A stretch of 20,000 nucleotides of DNA. It comes from Chrysochromulina tobinii (Eukaryota). Shown here piece by piece: positions 16,091 to 20,000 of the stretch. The DNA lies in the NCBI GenBank assembly GCA_001275005.1, contig JWZX01003352.1, positions 48,587 through 68,586 on the forward strand. The letters are read 5' to 3'. A model generated the notes under the pieces. That model did no database searches and was not told the origin of the DNA. It saw nothing but the letters and a program-made list of their open reading frames with translations. The translations under genes and the position numbers were made by a program. Numbering within the stretch: position 1 is the stretch's first letter; each line of letters starts with the position of its first letter.

Positions 16091-18384
16091 ATGGCCTCGT
16101 ACGGCGGCGGCGGCTACGGTAAGGGAAAGGGCAGCGGCAAGGGCAGCAGCGGCAAGGGCGGTGGTGGCGGCGGCCGAAGCAATCCAGGCAAGGGCGAGTA
16201 CTACAAGAATCTCTCGCGCGGCGCTGGCCGCGGCAAAGGTGGCGGCAAGGGTGGGGGCGATGACAGCGGCGACAACGGCGATAGCGATGCCGGCGGTAGC
16301 GCCGACGGCGGCTGCCGCGGTGGCGGAGCATACGAGGATGCAATGAACAAGCGGCGCCGGCACAGCACGGCGGACGAGCTGTGCCGCACGCTGTTGAGCA
16401 TCGACGGCAAGCCATACCCAGCATACCACGACATCGAGAAGACGGACTACGACATGGGCGGCCGCTTCACTCTCTGCATCGACCACGTCCAGTCGGACCC
16501 ATTTGCGCCGCCCTCGCAGTGCCACGTGCGTGTGCCGCTCGTCCTCGCCGGCTTCCCTCCGTCGACGCTCACGCCCAAGGTGCGCGAGGTGGCGCTGCGC
16601 GACTGGCTGACACGGCGTTTCGCGAGCGCCGCGCGCCGCGCCGGCGTAGACCAGCGCACGGTTGGCGAGGGCGGCTGGCACGGCCGCAAAGGCGGTGAAC
16701 TCCTCGTCGATCTACCTGGCCAGCACATCCTCGAACGCTCCAGCGTCGTCATCGACCGCCTCGAGGGGTGTATCGAGGCACGGTTCACCGTCGCACTGCC
16801 CGCTCGAGGCCGAAGTATCTGCGGCGACTGGGCAGCCAATGTGCTCACGACAACGCTGACCGAGCTTGTGCACGAAGCTCTGTATTACTCGAGTTCCGAC
16901 CCGGCGGCCCTCAAGGCGCATCTGGACTGCGCCGAGGACCAGCAGGCAGCTCGCGCGCAGCTCGCGCCACGCGGACTGGTCGCCTTCGTGGCGGATGGTG
17001 CCATGTTGGCACGTCGGTCAGGCGCCTCCGACCTGCCGTTGGACAGCTCATCCGCTGTTCCCTTTGCCTCGCCGCCCTCGCTGCGCGTGAGCCTCCCGGT
17101 GCCAAACGCGAAGCAACTCGTGGGCATGGGCGTGAGACGCGGCGTGACCCTCATCGTCGGCGGTGGGTTCCATGGCAAGTCGACGCTGCTTGAGGCGTTG
17201 CAGCTCGGTGTGTATGATAAGGTGCCCGGCGATGGGCGCGAGGGCGTTGTGACCGATGGCGCCGCTGTCAAGGTGCATGCTTGCATGCTTGCATGCAGAG
17301 AGGGTGGTGGGCGCGGTTCTTACCGATGCGCTCGTATAGCCACTGATGTGGCCATTGATTGCTGCCCTCATCAGGTTCGTGCCGAAGACGGGCGCGCGGT
17401 GACCGCCGTCGACATCTCTCCGTTCATTGACCATCTGCCATTCGGCAAACGCACCACGGCCTTTGCGACCGAAGATGCGTCCGGTTCGACCTCGCAGGCG
17501 GCAGCCATTATTGAGGCGCTCGAGACCGGTGCAAGCGCTTTGCTGATGGACGAAGATACGTCGGCGACCAACTTTCTGATGCGCGATGCGCGCATGCAGG
17601 CTCTCGTGGCGGCCGACAAGGAGCCCATCAAGCCCTTCATCACTCGCGTGAGTTCGGAGCACCTCGGATTGCGATGGATCGGCCGCTGATGGACCGTTGA
17701 TTGCTCTCCTCATCAGGTGCGCGGGCTGTGGGGATCCCTTGGCGTGTCCACAGTGCTCGTCCTTGGGGGGAGCGGCGACTACTTCGACGTGGCAGACACC
17801 GTCCTGATGCTCGACGAGTACAGGTGCGCCGACGTCATCGAGCGCGGGCTGTGGGTTCTCCCTTTGCTGATTGGCCGTTGATTGCTCTCCTCATCAGGTG
17901 CGCCGACGTCACCGAGCGTGCAAAGGAGATTGCCGCGAGCATCGCTGGTGGCCCTCCGCCGGAGGCCCTCGGCTCAGGCGCGACATTTGCGCGCCCGCCA
18001 CGGCGGTGCCTCACCGGCGCGACCGGCGTCGTATCGGGCGCCAAGCTGAGCGCGCAGCGCACGAGCCTCCGGATAGGCGACGCACCGGAGCTCGAGCTCG
18101 CCGCCCTCGAGCAGCTCGTGGAGCACTCACAGACGCGCTGTATCGGTGAGGCGCTACTGTACCTGATCAGCGGCCCAATGGACGGTGCCACGCCACTCGA
18201 CGCGCTGCTTCGGACGCTTGACGAAACCCTCGACCGGGAGGGCCTCGACGTGCTGCGCCCCGGCCGGCGCCTCGGCAATCTCGCGCGCCCACGTATGCTT
18301 GAGGTCGGCGCGTCCCTCTCCCGGCTGCGCTCGCTCAGGGTTGCAATACCATCGGCGGCCCCAGCCCAGGGACCGGTGGAATGA
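16091..18384 (+). CDS. Predicted ABC-class ATPase (COG3044/PF09818 type), 4 exons (16091-17272, 17375-17647, 17717-17823, 17898-18384; 682 aa), Gly/Lys-rich N-terminus
   Basis: IDHVQSDPFAPPS, LPARGRSI, Walker A GGGFHGKSTLL, K|VRAEDGR, DISPFI, ASGSTSQAA, Walker B LLMDEDTSATNF, GVSTVLVLGGSGDYFDVAD, EQLVE.SQTR and LARPR.LEVGA.L.RLR. Spliced length 2049 nt in frame. Confidence 0.92.
17273..17374 (+). other. Spliceosomal intron 1 of the ATPase gene (102 nt, in frame, stop-free)
   Basis: GTGCAT...TTGATTGCTGCCCTCATCAG. Removal restores conserved AVK|VRAEDGR. Confidence 0.9.
17648..17716 (+). other. Spliceosomal intron 2 of the ATPase gene (69 nt)
   Basis: GTGAGT...TTGATTGCTCTCCTCATCAG. Contains an in-frame stop. 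Removal gives PFITR|VRGLW. Confidence 0.92.
17824..17897 (+). other. Spliceosomal intron 3 of the ATPase gene (74 nt)
   Basis: GTGCGC...TTGATTGCTCTCCTCATCAG. Removal gives LDEYR|CADVTERAK and restores the frame. Confidence 0.9.
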
Positions 18385-18720
18385 CCGGTGGATTGATGAT
18401 TGGCCTACTCCACTGCTCGCGCTCCTGTCACACACGCAGTCTTGCGATGGCAAATTGAAGGTGGAGAGCTGGAGGCTGAGCGGAGCCGTGACCGTGTGCA
18501 TGTTTGGCGAGACTGAGAGCGCCAGCGGCTCATGCGATGTGTGAGGTCCGTGTCCGTGCGGGTGTGATCTCTGATCTGTCTTGGCGACGGCGACAGCATG
18601 GCGAGTTGTCGTGGCCTCCGCTCACACTACTGGGCCAGCCCCGATGACGGAGAGGACGACGGAGCAGCAGGCAGAGAGATGGGAACCATCACAGAGGTGC
18701 TTGCGAGTGACGCCCGACAT

Positions 18721-18880
18721 GACGCCCGACACGACGCGACGCATCACGGCGGTGCCCGACATGACGCGACGCATCACGGCGGCGCCCGACACGACGCGAC
18801 GCATCACGGCGACGCCCGACACGACGCGACGCATCACGGCGGTGCTCGACACGACGCGACGCATCACGGTGGTGCTCGAC
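18721..18880 (+). repeat. 30-bp minisatellite, 5.3 copies
   Basis: Unit GRYGCYCGACAYGACGCGACGCATCACGGY at 18721, 18751, 18781, 18811 and 18841, partial at 18871. No spacers. Confidence 0.97.
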
Positions 18881-19180
18881 CCGCCGCGCACTGGCCTCGC
18901 CCCGTCCGTGTGCAAGGCGCTCCGGGCAGAGAGTGCCATCGACCGGATCGTGTTCGTGAGCTGCAACCCGCATGGCCACACGCTGCGCCATGACTACGTG
19001 GTCAAGGGCGGCTCGCTCGCGGCCAACACTAGGCCAACACCAAGATACTTTGCAAGCGCGGTGGGCGCTCGGGGCCCTTTATTCTCAGCCGTGCCATCCC
19101 TGTCGATCTCTTCCCCCACACGCCGCACGTCGAGCTGTGCTTGTGCTTCGAGAGGGTTGGGCCAGGCGTTGCTCGGCAGG

Positions 19181-19238
19181 TCGGGAGGAGAGCTGCGAAT
19201 CTCGGTGAGAATCTCGGTGCGAATCTCGGGAGGAGAGC
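19181..19238. repeat. Three 12-bp units TGMGAATCTCGG bracketed by a 13-bp direct repeat
   Basis: TCGGGAGGAGAGC at 19181-19193 and 19226-19238. Units at 19194, 19206 and 19218. Confidence 0.85.
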
Positions 19239-19474
19239 CACGCGCACGGCCTCCGCAGCTCAGGTCGCGGGGCTCGCGGCTGGGTTGTGAGGCGTGTCCT
19301 GACAGCTGTTTCTTGGGCATTTTCGTACAGAACTTACGAACTTGATTTTTTCCTACCTTTTTTAGAAAGCCTTTTTGGTAAGTTAGGGGTCGAAGCCGCC
19401 ACGCGTTCCAAAGTCTCTAGGATTCCTACAGTAAATTGAGACGCCGTTGGGCGGACGATTCGTCGCGCGCATGG

Positions 19475-20000
19475 ATGCAAAGTGCACCCACGCCGCCACC
19501 AGCCATGCCACTCATCGCCTCGTTGTGGACGTCGAAGGTAGAGAAGGAGGCCGCGGCGGCTGCTGCGAAGAAGGCGGAGAAGGGGACCGCCCGCAAGGGA
19601 GCGTTGCGCTGGAACTCTTTGGGAACTCTCGGGCAGCCGCCAGCCGCTCAGGCGCAGCTTGACCTTCAGCTGCAACTAGCAGAGGCGATCCGCCAGAAGC
19701 AGCAGCGCGAGGGCATCGTCGTTGTCCCATGGGAAACGATCTCGTTCACCCAGACCACCTTGGCCAAGGGCGCGTTCGGCACCGTCGCGCTCGCCAAGCT
19801 GAACCAGCTCGGCGGCCTTCCGTGTGCGGTCAAGATCGCCGATGTGCACTCGGGCGATGGGCTAAAAGAGGCACTCGCGCTGCTGGACGAGGGCTCGATG
19901 AAGAACATGAGCCATCCGAACATTGTGAAGACGCTTGGGATCGCCTTCGACGCGCCCGCAAAGATCGGCTTGATTATGGAGCTCATGAGCTGCTCACTGC
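19475..20000 (+). CDS. Protein kinase, tyrosine-kinase-like group (5' part, runs off window)
   Basis: Not in the ORF track because it has no stop in the window. Translates MQSAPTPPP...VPWETISF...LAKGAFGTV...CAVK...E...MSHPNIVKTLG...LIMELMSCSL (subdomains I-V). Confidence 0.92.
   Translation, partial: MQSAPTPPPAMPLIASLWTSKVEKEAAAAAAKKAEKGTARKGALRWNSLGTLGQPPAAQAQLDLQLQLAEAIRQKQQREGIVVVPWETISFTQTTLAKGAFGTVALAKLNQLGGLPCAVKIADVHSGDGLKEALALLDEGSMKNMSHPNIVKTLGIAFDAPAKIGLIMELMSCSL

Larger units (their letters stand above)
18721..19290 (+). pseudogene. TRM2: C-terminal fragment of a TrmA/TRM2/TRMT2A-family RNA m5U methyltransferase, frameshifted at ~19030
   Basis: VVLDPPRTGL and RIVFVSCNP (catalytic Cys) are in one frame. 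PFILSRAIPVDLFPHTPHVE (catalytic Glu) is in another. The shift comes from 11 extra nt in GGCCAACAC-TA-GGCCAACAC. No SAM motif I or N-terminal domains seen upstream. Confidence 0.78.

Noticed and set aside
18721..18880. 30-bp repeats as a CRISPR array
   Set aside because: Units are head-to-tail with no unique spacers, no cas genes are present, and the context is eukaryotic.

Overview
Gene-dense, GC-rich eukaryotic DNA with short GT-AG spliceosomal introns. The style resembles a haptophyte-type alga, but that is an inference. In order, the window holds: (1) a 5'-truncated gene for NF-X1-like Cys/His repeats + RING + PARP-like ADP-ribosyltransferase, with an in-frame TAG at 158-160; (2) an SPX-less EXS membrane protein head-to-head with (3) an ornithine decarboxylase carrying a long acidic N-terminus; (4) a 4-exon protein of four ~115-aa EF-hand-pair modules; (5) a Pro-rich single-pass membrane protein; (6) a hypothetical protein; (7) a PQ-loop/MPDU1-like gene head-to-head with (8) a 4-exon COG3044/PF09818 ABC-class ATPase; (9) a frameshifted TrmA/TRM2 methyltransferase fragment with a 30-bp minisatellite; (10) the start of a TKL-type kinase. 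The most striking signal is in the introns and intergenic DNA. Four introns in two unrelated genes end in CCTCATCAG after degenerate ~10-nt GAT-led units. Two of them begin with a 21-33 nt copy of the next exon. One (17824-17897) is almost entirely a patchwork of nearby sequence joined at microhomologies. Intergenic DNA shows a strong short duplication/insertion signature. Together these suggest recent intron birth by a templated-insertion process.
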